Source: a virus | Taxonomy: Duplodnaviria; Caudoviricetes | Direction: 5' to 3' (one strand) | DNA length: 64,000 bases | IMG/VR virus record: IMGVR_UViG_3300048502_000104 | Coordinates: 805 to 64,804 of that record | In this document: piece after piece, positions 8,806 to 16,591 of the stretch | Layout: each line of letters starts with the position of its first letter | Position numbering within the stretch: position 1 is the stretch's first letter | Notes under the pieces: generated by a model | Told to the model about the DNA's origin: nothing | Seen by the model: the letters and a program-made list of their open reading frames with translations, nothing else | Databases searched by the model: none | Position numbers and translations under genes: made by a program

Positions 8806-10299
8806 TCAGTACCCTGTTTCGCGGTCGAGCACACCGAAGCCGGCGATCTTGGGAGCGGTAGCGGTGCGCACGTTGGTTGTGCCGTTAAGACGCATCTCGA
8901 CGGGCGACACCGCGTGGCGCCGCATCATCATCGCGATGCGCGACGCACTGATCAGGTCGTCGCGAAGTTTCACGACCTGGCCATTCAGTCTGTGCATCCC
9001 CTTGAACTCCTCGAACCACTTCACGCAGGTCGAGAACACTTTCCAGCGGCCGGTCTGCATGCGATCGAGCATCTCGCTGATACCCGCCTCGAAGCCGTAG
9101 TTCTGTTGGTCCTTGTCATCACCGAAGGTTGCGTGCGTCGGCAGCATCTTCAGCTCGTAGTCGTCGCGGTAGATCTGCGAGTACGCCTTGCCGCTCTTCG
9201 GATCGTGCTTGTGGCCATCGTGCGGCCACGCCACCGGGATCCACTTGCCCTGCGGCAGCATGTTCATCGCGTGCGTACCGATCGTCGCCTTCGCCTCGCG
9301 GTACTCGCGGTAGACGTAGATCGTGTCGGTGTCGCCGTCGTAGGCCAGCCACACGGCGGCGAACGGGTGGTCCCAACCGAAGTCGATGCCGCAGATCCGC
9401 CGCCACCAGTTCGGGATCGGGAACGGGTCCACGCGGATCGCCGACTCCGACACCGGGAACACGAGGCCCTCGCCCATGACCGGGCGGCCGAAGGCGCGCG
9501 CATCGCGGTCCGCATCCGTGTAGCCGGCGATGATCTCGGCGCGCCGCTCGGGGCTGTAATGCAGCGCGTCCTCGAGCGTCATGTTGATGAGAATGCGGCC
9601 AGGTGCGAGCGGCTTGTCCTCCAGCGGCATGAACAGCTGCACCACCTCCGACATCCCCAGCAACGGGGTGAACGTCGTGATTACCGGCCCGCCCTCGACC
9701 TGGACGCGGGTCTTACCCTCCTGGTAGATCGGAAGCGGCGGCTCCTCGTCGAACCACACGCCGGTCAACGTCTCCGCCTGCCACTTCGTGCGGCCCTGGT
9801 CGTATGACGACAGGGTGATGATCGAGTCCTCGCCCAGCTCGTGCCGGACCACGATCGAGCTGACCGCATCCTGCACGCCGGTCTGCCGCACCACGCGTTT
9901 GATGCAGTCGTAGGGGATTGCCCCCGTGCCCCACATCTCTTCGGCGGCGGGTGGGCCCAGCAGCACGCGCTGGATGCCCTTCTTGTTCAGCTCAAACGAT
10001 TCGGATCCCGCCAGCCATGTCGTAGCGCGGTGGAAGCGCCGGCCGGTCCACCAGGCGGGGTAGCGGCCGGTCAGGTGCATGGCAACCTCTGCCGCGCCAG
10101 CCCAGGTCTTCCCGGACTGGTTGGAAGCCATGAACATCCGTTCCTGGTAATCGGCCCCGGCCGCATGGAACTCGGCCTGCTTGGGGTACGGCTTGTAGCT
10201 GGCGAGCCAGTTGCGCTTTTTGGCGGTGTCGGCCAGCTTGAACAACTGCAGCAGCTCGGCCTTCTCCGCGTCGTCCAGCTTCGTGAGGTCGAGGCCCAT
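8806..10299 (-). CDS. terL: Terminase large subunit
   Basis: ASNQSGKT (Walker A-like), VWFDEEP (Walker B), TFTP coupling motif, GIDFGWDHP and DDLISA nuclease motifs. Confidence 0.93.
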   Translation of the reverse strand: MGLDLTKLDDAEKAELLQLFKLADTAKKRNWLASYKPYPKQAEFHAAGADYQERMFMASNQSGKTWAGAAEVAMHLTGRYPAWWTGRRFHRATTWLAGSESFELNKKGIQRVLLGPPAAEEMWGTGAIPYDCIKRVVRQTGVQDAVSSIVVRHELGEDSIITLSSYDQGRTKWQAETLTGVWFDEEPPLPIYQEGKTRVQVEGGPVITTFTPLLGMSEVVQLFMPLEDKPLAPGRILINMTLEDALHYSPERRAEIIAGYTDADRDARAFGRPVMGEGLVFPVSESAIRVDPFPIPNWWRRICGIDFGWDHPFAAVWLAYDGDTDTIYVYREYREAKATIGTHAMNMLPQGKWIPVAWPHDGHKHDPKSGKAYSQIYRDDYELKMLPTHATFGDDKDQQNYGFEAGISEMLDRMQTGRWKVFSTCVKWFEEFKGMHRLNGQVVKLRDDLISASRIAMMMRRHAVSPVEMRLNGTTNVRTATAPKIAGFGVLDRETGY

Positions 10300-10730
10300 C
10301 AGGCGATCTTCGGCGCCATGTCAGCTGGCACCCCCGCCTTCTCCAGCAGCGCGCGCAGGCGCGCGTCCATCTGGTCCGGCGTGAGGTTGACCTCGTGCTT
10401 GTGGTCGATCGACTTCAGCTTCGGCTGGCAATACTCGATCAGCGCCAGGTTCACGCTCGAGGCGGTTTTCGGGTCCAGCTTGCCGGACTGGAGCACTTTT
10501 ACGAGCTCCACCGTCGGGTCCATGCCCATCTCGGCCAGCACCACGGCGACCGTCTTCAGGTTGATCCGGCCCGGCTTGCGGGCGTTCTGCTCCGGGCGCA
10601 GCTCCGGCCCCGGGTCGCCGTAGGCGTTCGACGTCGCCATGCCCGGCTTTTCGCCGCCCTTGTGGATGCGCTTTCCGGCCCGCTGGCGGTTGGTTCCGCC
10701 GGCGGTGGTGATCGAGACCGGCTTCGCCAC
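10299..10730 (-). CDS. Putative terminase small subunit
   Basis: 143 aa immediately upstream of terL with TGATG overlap; helical core ending YCQPKLKSIDH. Confidence 0.6.
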   Translation of the reverse strand: MAKPVSITTAGGTNRQRAGKRIHKGGEKPGMATSNAYGDPGPELRPEQNARKPGRINLKTVAVVLAEMGMDPTVELVKVLQSGKLDPKTASSVNLALIEYCQPKLKSIDHKHEVNLTPDQMDARLRALLEKAGVPADMAPKIA

Positions 10731-11202
10731 TCACGCCCCCGCGCCGCGCGCCAGCAGACCCCGGGCGCGGGCTTTGATCCGCGCCGCGGTCGACGCGCTG
10801 ATGTTGCCGGCGTGCTCCGAGCGGGTCGCCCCGCTGATCGCCATGCGTTGGTGCGTGGCGTCGTTGACCGGGAAGCTCTTCCCCGGGCCCGCAAATTCCC
10901 CGGCCGGCATCGCTTTGCGCCGACCCGCTGTCAGTTTCGCCACGGTGTGTCTCCAGGTAGTCGGCCAGGGCGCGCAGCACCTCGGGCCGTTCTTTCAGCT
11001 GGCCGATCGCCAGGTTGCAATGCCGGCACAGGAAGCCCCGGAACCGGCCGGTGACGTGGTCGTGATCCAGGTGCATCTGGGTGTCGGTCGACCCGCACGT
11101 CGGGCAGACCGTGGGTGGTTTGACATCCGGCCCCAGCTCGCGCCGCAGCGCGCGCCGGCGGCGCCGAGCTACCGACTGCGCCTTGTTCCAGCCGCTCACC
11201 AA
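10321..11202 (-). CDS. Endonuclease VII-family nuclease (domain ~10945-11202; frame stays open across two downstream genes)
   Basis: CPTCG...HLDHDHVTGRFRGFLCRHCNLAIG signature. Confidence 0.75.
   Translation of the reverse strand: MVSGWNKAQSVARRRRRALRRELGPDVKPPTVCPTCGSTDTQMHLDHDHVTGRFRGFLCRHCNLAIGQLKERPEVLRALADYLETHRGETDSGSAQSDAGRGICGPGEELPGQRRHAPTHGDQRGDPLGARRQHQRVDRGADQSPRPGSAGARRGGVSGEAGLDHHRRRNQPPAGRKAHPQGRRKAGHGDVERLRRPGAGAAPGAERPQAGPDQPEDGRRGAGRDGHGPDGGARKSAPVRQAGPENRLEREPGADRVLPAEAEVDRPQARGQPHAGPDGRAPARAAGEGGGAS
10731..10943 (-). CDS. Small basic conserved phage protein
   Basis: MAKLTAGRRKAMPAGEFAGPGKSFPVNDATH pattern, which I recall from small genes near terminases. Confidence 0.6.
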   Translation of the reverse strand: MAKLTAGRRKAMPAGEFAGPGKSFPVNDATHQRMAISGATRSEHAGNISASTAARIKARARGLLARGAGA

Positions 11203-11204
11203 TG

Positions 11205-11230
11205 AAAAAGGGCCGCCGAAGCGACCCTTT
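11205..11230 (-). terminator. Rho-independent terminator
   Basis: Minus strand GGGTCGC-TTCG-GCGGCCC followed by TTTTT. Confidence 0.75.
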
Positions 11231-11237
11231 CCAGGTT

Positions 11238-11251
11238 AGTGAGCACTAACT
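11238..11251. promoter_or_regulatory. Copy of 14-bp pseudo-palindrome (candidate operator)
   Basis: AGTGAGCACTAACT, within GTTAGTG-AG-CACTAAC inverted repeat (11235-11250). Confidence 0.5.
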
Positions 11252-11733
11252 TACACGTCCTCGGTGCCCTTCGGCCGGCGCAGGGGCGTGCTCGACGGCC
11301 CGGGCGACGGCGCGTGGCTCTTGGTCTGGATCCACCCTTCGCAGCCTTGCTTGACCGTGTCGGCCATGTGCTCCGCGGTCCACTCGGGATGCTGGAACAC
11401 CAGCTGCAGGAACGCGGTCATGGACGCGATGTCGTCGGCGTCCTCGATGCCGTGGTCCTTGCCCGTGCCGTCCTCCAGCACCTTCTTGGCCGCCAGGGTG
11501 GCGCCGTAGTCATAGGCTTCGGCGGCCTGCTCCATCTCGTCTTTCGAGACGTGCTTGGCGATCAACTCGTCCCGGAACTTGACGTCGTCCACAACCAGCC
11601 GTTCCCAGAACTGGCAGTCGCCGATCGTCTTGGGTTCGGCGTGCGCCTGGGGTGCAAACAGGAACGACAGCGCAACCAGGAGCGCCAGAACGGTGCCCCA
11701 CGCCAAACCCTTCCAGAACGCGTACCAATTCAT
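11251..11733 (-). CDS. Exported/membrane-anchored hypothetical protein
   Basis: Signal-peptide-like N-terminus ending PQAHA-EP. Confidence 0.65.
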   Translation of the reverse strand: MNWYAFWKGLAWGTVLALLVALSFLFAPQAHAEPKTIGDCQFWERLVVDDVKFRDELIAKHVSKDEMEQAAEAYDYGATLAAKKVLEDGTGKDHGIEDADDIASMTAFLQLVFQHPEWTAEHMADTVKQGCEGWIQTKSHAPSPGPSSTPLRRPKGTEDV

Positions 11734-11924
11734 TTGGGCCCTCCGGTTTCCGGCACTTCGGTGAAGGTGACCGTGCGGCGCCCGTAGACGTGCACGACAA
11801 ACGATTCGTTCGGCTCAACCCGGGTCGTCGACACCAGCTCCGGGATCGGCGAGCCCGGCTTCCAGTCGTGGGTCTCGACGTCGACCGCGTGCCGGCCGGT
11901 GTACACCGCGATCTTGGTCGTCAT
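11730..11924 (-). CDS. Hypothetical protein
   Basis: 64 aa, ATGA overlaps on both sides. Confidence 0.6.
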   Translation of the reverse strand: MTTKIAVYTGRHAVDVETHDWKPGSPIPELVSTTRVEPNESFVVHVYGRRTVTFTEVPETGGPK

Positions 11925-12202
11925 GCCGCGTCCGGCGGCAGGCCCGACCGCAGCAGCCCATCGATTGCCGACTGCAGCGGGTCCTTCGCCGGCAGCGTGG
12001 AGCCGATCTGCGGCGCGGTCGTCTGCTCAAGCGACAGCCCCACCCACCCGAAGCCGATGTTCTCGAGCCACCCCTCCCAGTACTGCCGGATGTGCGGCTT
12101 CGCGTGCTCGATCAGCGCGCGGGAACAGAGCACGTTGTCGCCGGCCGCGACGATGAAGTCGTCGACCTTCTGCGTCAACCGCTCGAGCGCTGCATCCTGC
12201 AT
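11921..12202 (-). CDS. Hypothetical protein
   Basis: 93 aa, GGAGG RBS. Confidence 0.6.
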   Translation of the reverse strand: MQDAALERLTQKVDDFIVAAGDNVLCSRALIEHAKPHIRQYWEGWLENIGFGWVGLSLEQTTAPQIGSTLPAKDPLQSAIDGLLRSGLPPDAA

Positions 12203-12299
12203 CGATCCTCCTGTGGCTCCAGGACCATCGGCACCGGGATTTCACGGGACGTCCCCCGCGGGTGCTTACGACCGTGCCCTCTGTCCGACGACCCTGGAG

Positions 12300-12373
12300 T
12301 GGTTGCGGGGGCTGGATTCGAACCAGCATTTAGGCGGTTATGAGCCGCCTGCATCCCGCTCTGCCACCCCGCC
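12300..12373 (-). tRNA. tRNA with CAT anticodon (Met/fMet/Ile2 identity ambiguous), encoded CCA
   Basis: GGCGGGG TG GCAG AGCGGG ATGC A GGCGG-CTCATAA-CCGCC TAAAT GCTGG-TTCGAAT-CCAGC CCCCGCA A CCA; 74 nt cloverleaf. Confidence 0.9.
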
Positions 12374-12393
12374 AAATTCTCAAGTACCGCTTG

Positions 12394-12423
12394 ACTGTAC
12401 CCCACCCCGCGACACTCCGTCAA
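12394..12423 (-). promoter_or_regulatory. Sigma70-like promoter upstream of tRNA
   Basis: Minus strand TTGACG-N18-TACAGT, ending 20 nt before tRNA position 1. Confidence 0.6.
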
Positions 12424-12632
12424 CCCCAGTGGCGCCGCGGCGGCTCCATGCACACGTACACAAAAAGCGGTACGGTCACCATCACCTCGCCATGCCGACA
12501 AGGCGGCGTTAGCTCTGGCTCCCGCCGGTGCCGCCGCTCTTCGGACTCGTGGTAGCGCCGGTGGACCGCCGAGACGTCGTCTTCGATGACGCCCTCGATC
12601 AACTCCCCGATCGCGTCAAGCAACCGTGACAC
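12420..12632 (-). CDS. Hypothetical protein
   Basis: 70-aa ORF from track, GTG start. Confidence 0.35.
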   Translation of the reverse strand: MSRLLDAIGELIEGVIEDDVSAVHRRYHESEERRHRREPELTPPCRHGEVMVTVPLFVYVCMEPPRRHWG

Positions 12633-12957
12633 TGACGCTCACCGGCACCGTGACACTGACCTGCGCCGCCGTGACCGTGAACGCCGGCGACACCACGGCC
12701 GCACCGACCGCCGCACCGCTGGCGTCGAAGCGCTGCGCCGACACGGTGTAGGTGTCCGAGGCGGTGATCAGGAAGGACGCCGAGGAGGTGGTATCGGTCG
12801 CGCCCTGGGTCACCGAGACGGGGGTGCCCACGGCCTGGCCGGCGCTGTTCAGCAGGGTGAAGACGATCGGGCCGACGGATGCGGCGGCGACGGGCGAGCC
12901 CAGCGCGGCGACGGCGGAGGCGGTGGCGGGGGCTTGGCCCGGAACGGATGCGGACAT
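12616..12957 (-). CDS. Small beta-rich (Ig-like?) protein
   Basis: 113 aa, A/V/S/T rich; GAGGAG RBS. Confidence 0.6.
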   Translation of the reverse strand: MSASVPGQAPATASAVAALGSPVAAASVGPIVFTLLNSAGQAVGTPVSVTQGATDTTSSASFLITASDTYTVSAQRFDASGAAVGAAVVSPAFTVTAAQVSVTVPVSVSVTVA

Positions 12958-12968
12958 GGTGGATCTCC

Positions 12969-13220
12969 TCAGAAAAAGTCAGGTTGGGTGACGCTGCGAA
13001 CCAGGGCCATCAGCCCTTCCTGCAGATGGGTGCGGCCGATCGCCAGCCAGCGCGGGTCGACGTTGTTCGGCAAGGGCGAGCGCAGCGAGATCGCGCGCAG
13101 CTCGTCGGTGAGCTCCTGCAGCCGGTGGCCCGCGACACGTATCTCGGTGACCAGGCGGATCTGCTCTTCGCTGAGCACCTTGTGGCCGGGTGTCTCGGAC
13201 GGCGTGCCGGCAGCACTCAT
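12969..13220 (-). CDS. acb2: Acb2-like anti-CBASS nucleotide-signal sponge
   Basis: GHKVLSEEQI...DPRWLAIGRTHLQEGLMALVRSVTQPDFF matches the Acb2 pattern as I recall it (GYRxLSxEEI...RWLAIGKTxxQxGxMAxxRAxAQPxxF); ATGA-coupled to upstream gene. Confidence 0.8.
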   Translation of the reverse strand: MSAAGTPSETPGHKVLSEEQIRLVTEIRVAGHRLQELTDELRAISLRSPLPNNVDPRWLAIGRTHLQEGLMALVRSVTQPDFF

Positions 13221-13492
13221 AGATGGGTTTGTCGCGGTGAGCTGTCGGCGAGGGCCCAATCTGTCGCCAGAAGGTCGGTTTGAGAACACAACCAGGGCAC
13301 CAGGTTGCTGTCGGCCGTTTTCATGTACACGTACGGCAGCGACATCTTCGAGTGCGCGTCGGGCCGCTGCAGCTCGAGGTACATGCCCTTGCCGTTCCAG
13401 CCGGCGCGCACGACGCGCTCGCCGTTCCACAACTGCTTGACGGCCCAGCCGATGTCGTGGATCGGCACGGGCCGCTCGGTGTACGGCGGCAT
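13217..13492 (-). CDS. tad2: Tad2 / DUF2829 anti-Thoeris sponge
   Basis: IGWAVKQLWNGERVVRAGWNGKGMYL...YMKTADSNLVPWLCSQTDLLATDW, the DUF2829 signature. Confidence 0.85.
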   Translation of the reverse strand: MPPYTERPVPIHDIGWAVKQLWNGERVVRAGWNGKGMYLELQRPDAHSKMSLPYVYMKTADSNLVPWLCSQTDLLATDWALADSSPRQTHL

Positions 13493-13926
13493 TAGTCAAA
13501 CGCCTTCAGGGTGCCGCTGTCGGCGAACCCCTCGATCTTGTTCACGCCGACCGGGTTGCGCCGCACGTCGCGGGTATTGCCCAGGATTCCGCCTTCGGTG
13601 GCCGACCCGACGCCCTTCGCGGTGTCCGGACCCGGACGGTCGATCGGCCCGCCGCCGGAACGCGCCGACTTCAGGCTCGGGCCCACGGTTCCGCCGAACC
13701 CCTCGGTCACGTTGTGGCCGCTGGGTCCCGGATCGCGGGCGGCGTTTTTCGTGTTGCCCAGGATGCCGTCGCGGTTGGTTTCGATCGGCCCCTTCACGTC
13801 GGCGTCGGTGAACTTGGCACCGCGCTCGCTGGAGATGCCGCCCTTGCCGCCGCTCGAGGCGGTCGCCTTGCCCAGCTTGCCGAAGCCCTTCGACTCCACG
13901 CCGCTGCCCTTGGTTTCGAGACTCAT
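13492..13926 (-). CDS. Gly/Ser/Lys-rich, probably disordered protein
   Basis: Start MSLETKG with AAGGA RBS; GILGNT occurs twice; TAATG-coupled to tad2. Confidence 0.65.
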   Translation of the reverse strand: MSLETKGSGVESKGFGKLGKATASSGGKGGISSERGAKFTDADVKGPIETNRDGILGNTKNAARDPGPSGHNVTEGFGGTVGPSLKSARSGGGPIDRPGPDTAKGVGSATEGGILGNTRDVRRNPVGVNKIEGFADSGTLKAFD

Positions 13927-14110
13927 GGTGATTCCTTTATAAAGAAAGTCTTTAGATTGCCCGGCACCGCGCCGCGCGCTTTGGGAGCCCTGTTGCGCCC
14001 GGGCGGGCCGCCGCGAGCGTGCAGGGGTGCCGGGGCCTTTCGTGACCATCTACGGCAAACGGAGGGCCAAAAGGGTCCCGGCCAAACGCCGCGACACGCC
14101 GACTTGCCGA

Positions 14111-14509
14111 TCACGTCAGGTTGGTCAGCGCCCTGCGGTTGCGCTGCTGGCGCTTGGCCGCTTCTGCGTCCCACATTTGCTTGTGCGTCGCCACCGCGCC
14201 GGATCGCTTCACTGGCGGTTGGAGTGTCGCGGCCGAAGGTGGCGCGAGGGATGACTGCGCGCTCTGCCCGTATGACGGCGCGTTATTAGCCGGTGCGGCC
14301 GAAGCCTGGTCCGCGACACTGCCTGCCTGGGCCGAACCCGCCGTCGAGTCGTCTGAGTCGTCGTCCTCGTCATCCGCCGAGCCGGTGATCAGCTGTGTCA
14401 CGGCGTCGGCCAATTCCTGCGGATCAGAGAATGATCTGGTGGGGATCGGCTTGCCATCGACCGTACCGGACAACTGGAGGTCGGCGATGTGGAGTGTCGC
14501 GGTCTGCAT
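14111..14509 (-). CDS. Hypothetical protein (first gene of leftward late block)
   Basis: 132 aa, GAGGA RBS, acidic tract and basic C-terminus. Confidence 0.6.
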   Translation of the reverse strand: MQTATLHIADLQLSGTVDGKPIPTRSFSDPQELADAVTQLITGSADDEDDDSDDSTAGSAQAGSVADQASAAPANNAPSYGQSAQSSLAPPSAATLQPPVKRSGAVATHKQMWDAEAAKRQQRNRRALTNLT

Positions 14510-14570
14510 AGGCGTGTTTCGTCCTCGTAGGGCATCGCGCGTGGTGCGAATCGTGGGGGAGGGTATCTGG

Positions 14571-14584
14571 AGTGAGCACTTACG
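14571..14584. promoter_or_regulatory. Copy of 14-bp pseudo-palindrome over start codon of first rightward gene
   Basis: AGTGAGCACTTACG at the divergence point of late and early blocks. Confidence 0.5.
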
Positions 14585-14790
14585 TCAAGCGAATTGACGC
14601 CGACTACGCGGAAGGCAGCGCTATCGCCTACGCCGAATACAAACGCCGGCTGACTGTCGCGCAGCAGCTGTACGGCCTGGGCCTGAGCACCGATCAACAG
14701 TACGTGCGGGATGTCGAGGCGGCCGAGCAGGATTACGGGAACCTGCGCCGCTGGCTGATCGAGCGCCTCGAAGAGACCGTCGAGTTGTAG
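14572..14790 (+). CDS. Hypothetical protein
   Basis: 72 aa, GTG start; stop 2 nt before hammerhead 1. Confidence 0.6.
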   Translation: MSTYVKRIDADYAEGSAIAYAEYKRRLTVAQQLYGLGLSTDQQYVRDVEAAEQDYGNLRRWLIERLEETVEL

Positions 14791-14792
14791 CA

Positions 14793-14852
14793 GGCCGAAA
14801 CCCGGCGCAGGCCGGGTCGCACCGTGACGCGGTGCCTGATGATGGCCATCAG
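14793..14852 (+). ncRNA. Type II hammerhead ribozyme, copy 1 (predicted cleavage after 14818)
   Basis: GGCC-GAAA-[CCCGGC GCAG GCCGGG]-UC-[GCACCG UGACG CGGUGC]-CUGAUGA-U-GGCC: all core nucleotides, stems I/II/III, GUC triplet. Confidence 0.85.
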
Positions 14853-14876
14853 CTAACCCGTTGAAAGGACAGCAAA

Positions 14877-15878
14877 ATGTCGCATGCAATCACGATGATA
14901 GGCAACACGGCGCAAGCCGCCTACGCGGAAACCAAGGCGTGGCATGGCCTGGGCCAAATCCTGCGCCGCGGCGCGAGCCTGGAAGAGTGGGCGCAAGCCG
15001 CCGGCTTCGACTGGGAAGTCAAGCGCGCGTTCGTCCGCTACCTGACCGGCCCGGAGGGTCAGCCCGGCAGCAACCTGCTCGTCGACAAAGACAACGTGGT
15101 CTTGTTCGCCAGCGACACCAAACAACGCGTCGGCATCGTCTCCGACACCTACAAGATCGTGCAGCCCATCGAGCACCTGGAATTCTTCCGGGAGTGGATC
15201 GAGGCGGGCGGGGCGACGATGGAATCGGCGGCCTGGCTGCATAACCGCGCGCGCTGCTTCGCCCTGGCGCGCATCGGCGACGAAGTGGCACTCGGTGCGA
15301 ACGGCACGGACCGCATCATCCCGTACGTGCGCGTCAGCGGCTCGGTGGACGGCAGCACAGCCACCGAGGCGGGCGGTACGTCGCTTCGCGTCGAGTGCGC
15401 CAACATGTTACAGCTGTCCCTGGCGCAAGACAAAAGCGTGTACCGGTGCTCGCACCGCAGCAAGTTCCAGCCCGCCGAGGCGCGCGCCGCGGTCGAGAGT
15501 CAGATCAAGGCTTTCGGCGCGTTCGTCGAGGCGGCGCGCACGCTGGCGCGTCGCAAGGTGGCCGCGGCCGAGGCGGACGCGTTCGTTCGCTCAGTACTGG
15601 CAAGTCAGCCCGCGGTGGTGGCGGACGACGTAGCCGACAAAGCGCGTGCTTCCGCCGGGTACAAGAAAGTGCTCGCGCTGTTCAACGGCGAGGGCGGCGG
15701 CAGCGCCCTGGCCACGGCGCGCGGCACCGCCTGGGGACTGCTGAACGCCGTCACCGACTACGTAGACCACTCTATCCGCGCCACGTCGGATGACCAGCGT
15801 CTCAACAGCGCGATGTTCGGTGCGGGTAGCCAGATCAAGGCACGCGCCGCGCAGGCAGCGCTCGCCCTGGTCGCGTAA
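14877..15878 (+). CDS. DUF932 family protein (phage/plasmid TIGR03299-like)
   Basis: AWHGLG, VSDTYKIVQP, LHNRARCF, RVECANML, SHRS, GTAWGLLNAVTDYVDH motifs. Confidence 0.85.
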   Translation: MSHAITMIGNTAQAAYAETKAWHGLGQILRRGASLEEWAQAAGFDWEVKRAFVRYLTGPEGQPGSNLLVDKDNVVLFASDTKQRVGIVSDTYKIVQPIEHLEFFREWIEAGGATMESAAWLHNRARCFALARIGDEVALGANGTDRIIPYVRVSGSVDGSTATEAGGTSLRVECANMLQLSLAQDKSVYRCSHRSKFQPAEARAAVESQIKAFGAFVEAARTLARRKVAAAEADAFVRSVLASQPAVVADDVADKARASAGYKKVLALFNGEGGGSALATARGTAWGLLNAVTDYVDHSIRATSDDQRLNSAMFGAGSQIKARAAQAALALVA

Positions 15879-15880
15879 CA

Positions 15881-15942
15881 GGCCGAAACGCCAGCGCGAG
15901 CTGGCGTCGCACCGTGATGCGGTGCCTGACGATGGCCGTCAG
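15881..15942 (+). ncRNA. Type II hammerhead ribozyme, copy 2 (predicted cleavage after 15908)
   Basis: GGCC-GAAA-[CGCCAGC GCGA GCUGGCG]-UC-[GCACCG UGAUG CGGUGC]-CUGACGA-U-GGCC; stem III differs from copy 1 but is fully paired. Confidence 0.85.
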
Positions 15943-15965
15943 CAACCTTCCCTGGAGATACAGCA

Positions 15966-16256
15966 ATGGCAGCACTAACAATCGAGCTGGACCGCAGCAC
16001 GCTGGAAACGGTAATCGGCGCACTCGCCGACAAGCATGCCGCGCTGCGGCGGCGCGCCGCCGCATTCCGGGCCGCCGACAACCTCGCCGCCGCCTACGCC
16101 GCCGCCGACGCCGCCGACGCCGCCGCCGCCGCCTACTACGCCGCCTACGCCGACGCCTACGCCGACGCCGCCGCCGACGTGGCACGCCTGGAGCGGGTTC
16201 TGCAACAGCTGGAGTCGGAGCGCACGCGTCTAGCGCATTCGCGGTACCTCAAGTAG
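15966..16256 (+). CDS. Hypothetical protein with Ala/Asp/Tyr low-complexity tract
   Basis: 96 aa, GGAGA RBS after hammerhead 2. Confidence 0.65.
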   Translation: MAALTIELDRSTLETVIGALADKHAALRRRAAAFRAADNLAAAYAAADAADAAAAAYYAAYADAYADAAADVARLERVLQQLESERTRLAHSRYLK

Positions 16257-16324
16257 TCCTTTATATGTCAAGCTACGTTCAGTTGGCGGGCGTCTTGCCC
16301 GCCATAACCAAGGGAGTGGGGAAC

Positions 16325-16591
16325 ATGGATGCAATCAAGTACCTGGGCCACGGCGCCCGCACCGGCGCCCTGCAGCAGCACAGCGTCGACGATTTGATCT
16401 ATCCGTACATCGTCTACGCGCAGGAGACCGCGCACGGCACGCTGTGGGGCGTGACGCACGCGAACGGCGACTTCGACACGGGCGCTAAGTTCACCTGCGC
16501 CCACGCGCACAGCCTCGCGCGCCGCGCGCGGCAGTATCGCAGCGAGCTGGCCATCCGGGCGAGGGATCGGCTGGATAGTCGGCCGAACTAG
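16325..16591 (+). CDS. Hypothetical protein
   Basis: Start MDAIKYLGHG; the G of its TAG stop is the first base of hammerhead 3. Confidence 0.6.
   Translation: MDAIKYLGHGARTGALQQHSVDDLIYPYIVYAQETAHGTLWGVTHANGDFDTGAKFTCAHAHSLARRARQYRSELAIRARDRLDSRPN

Noticed and set aside
12213-12299. Theta (HDV-like) ribozyme after the tRNA
   Set aside because: I could not fit the nested double pseudoknot; a simple long hairpin explains the sequence.
12300-12373. tRNA as an attP or prophage boundary
   Set aside because: No duplicated tRNA 3' end, no integrase recognised, and phage genes continue on both sides.
15835-16185. Poly-arginine 116-aa minus-strand ORF
   Set aside because: Shadow of the GCC-rich tract in the real plus-strand gene.
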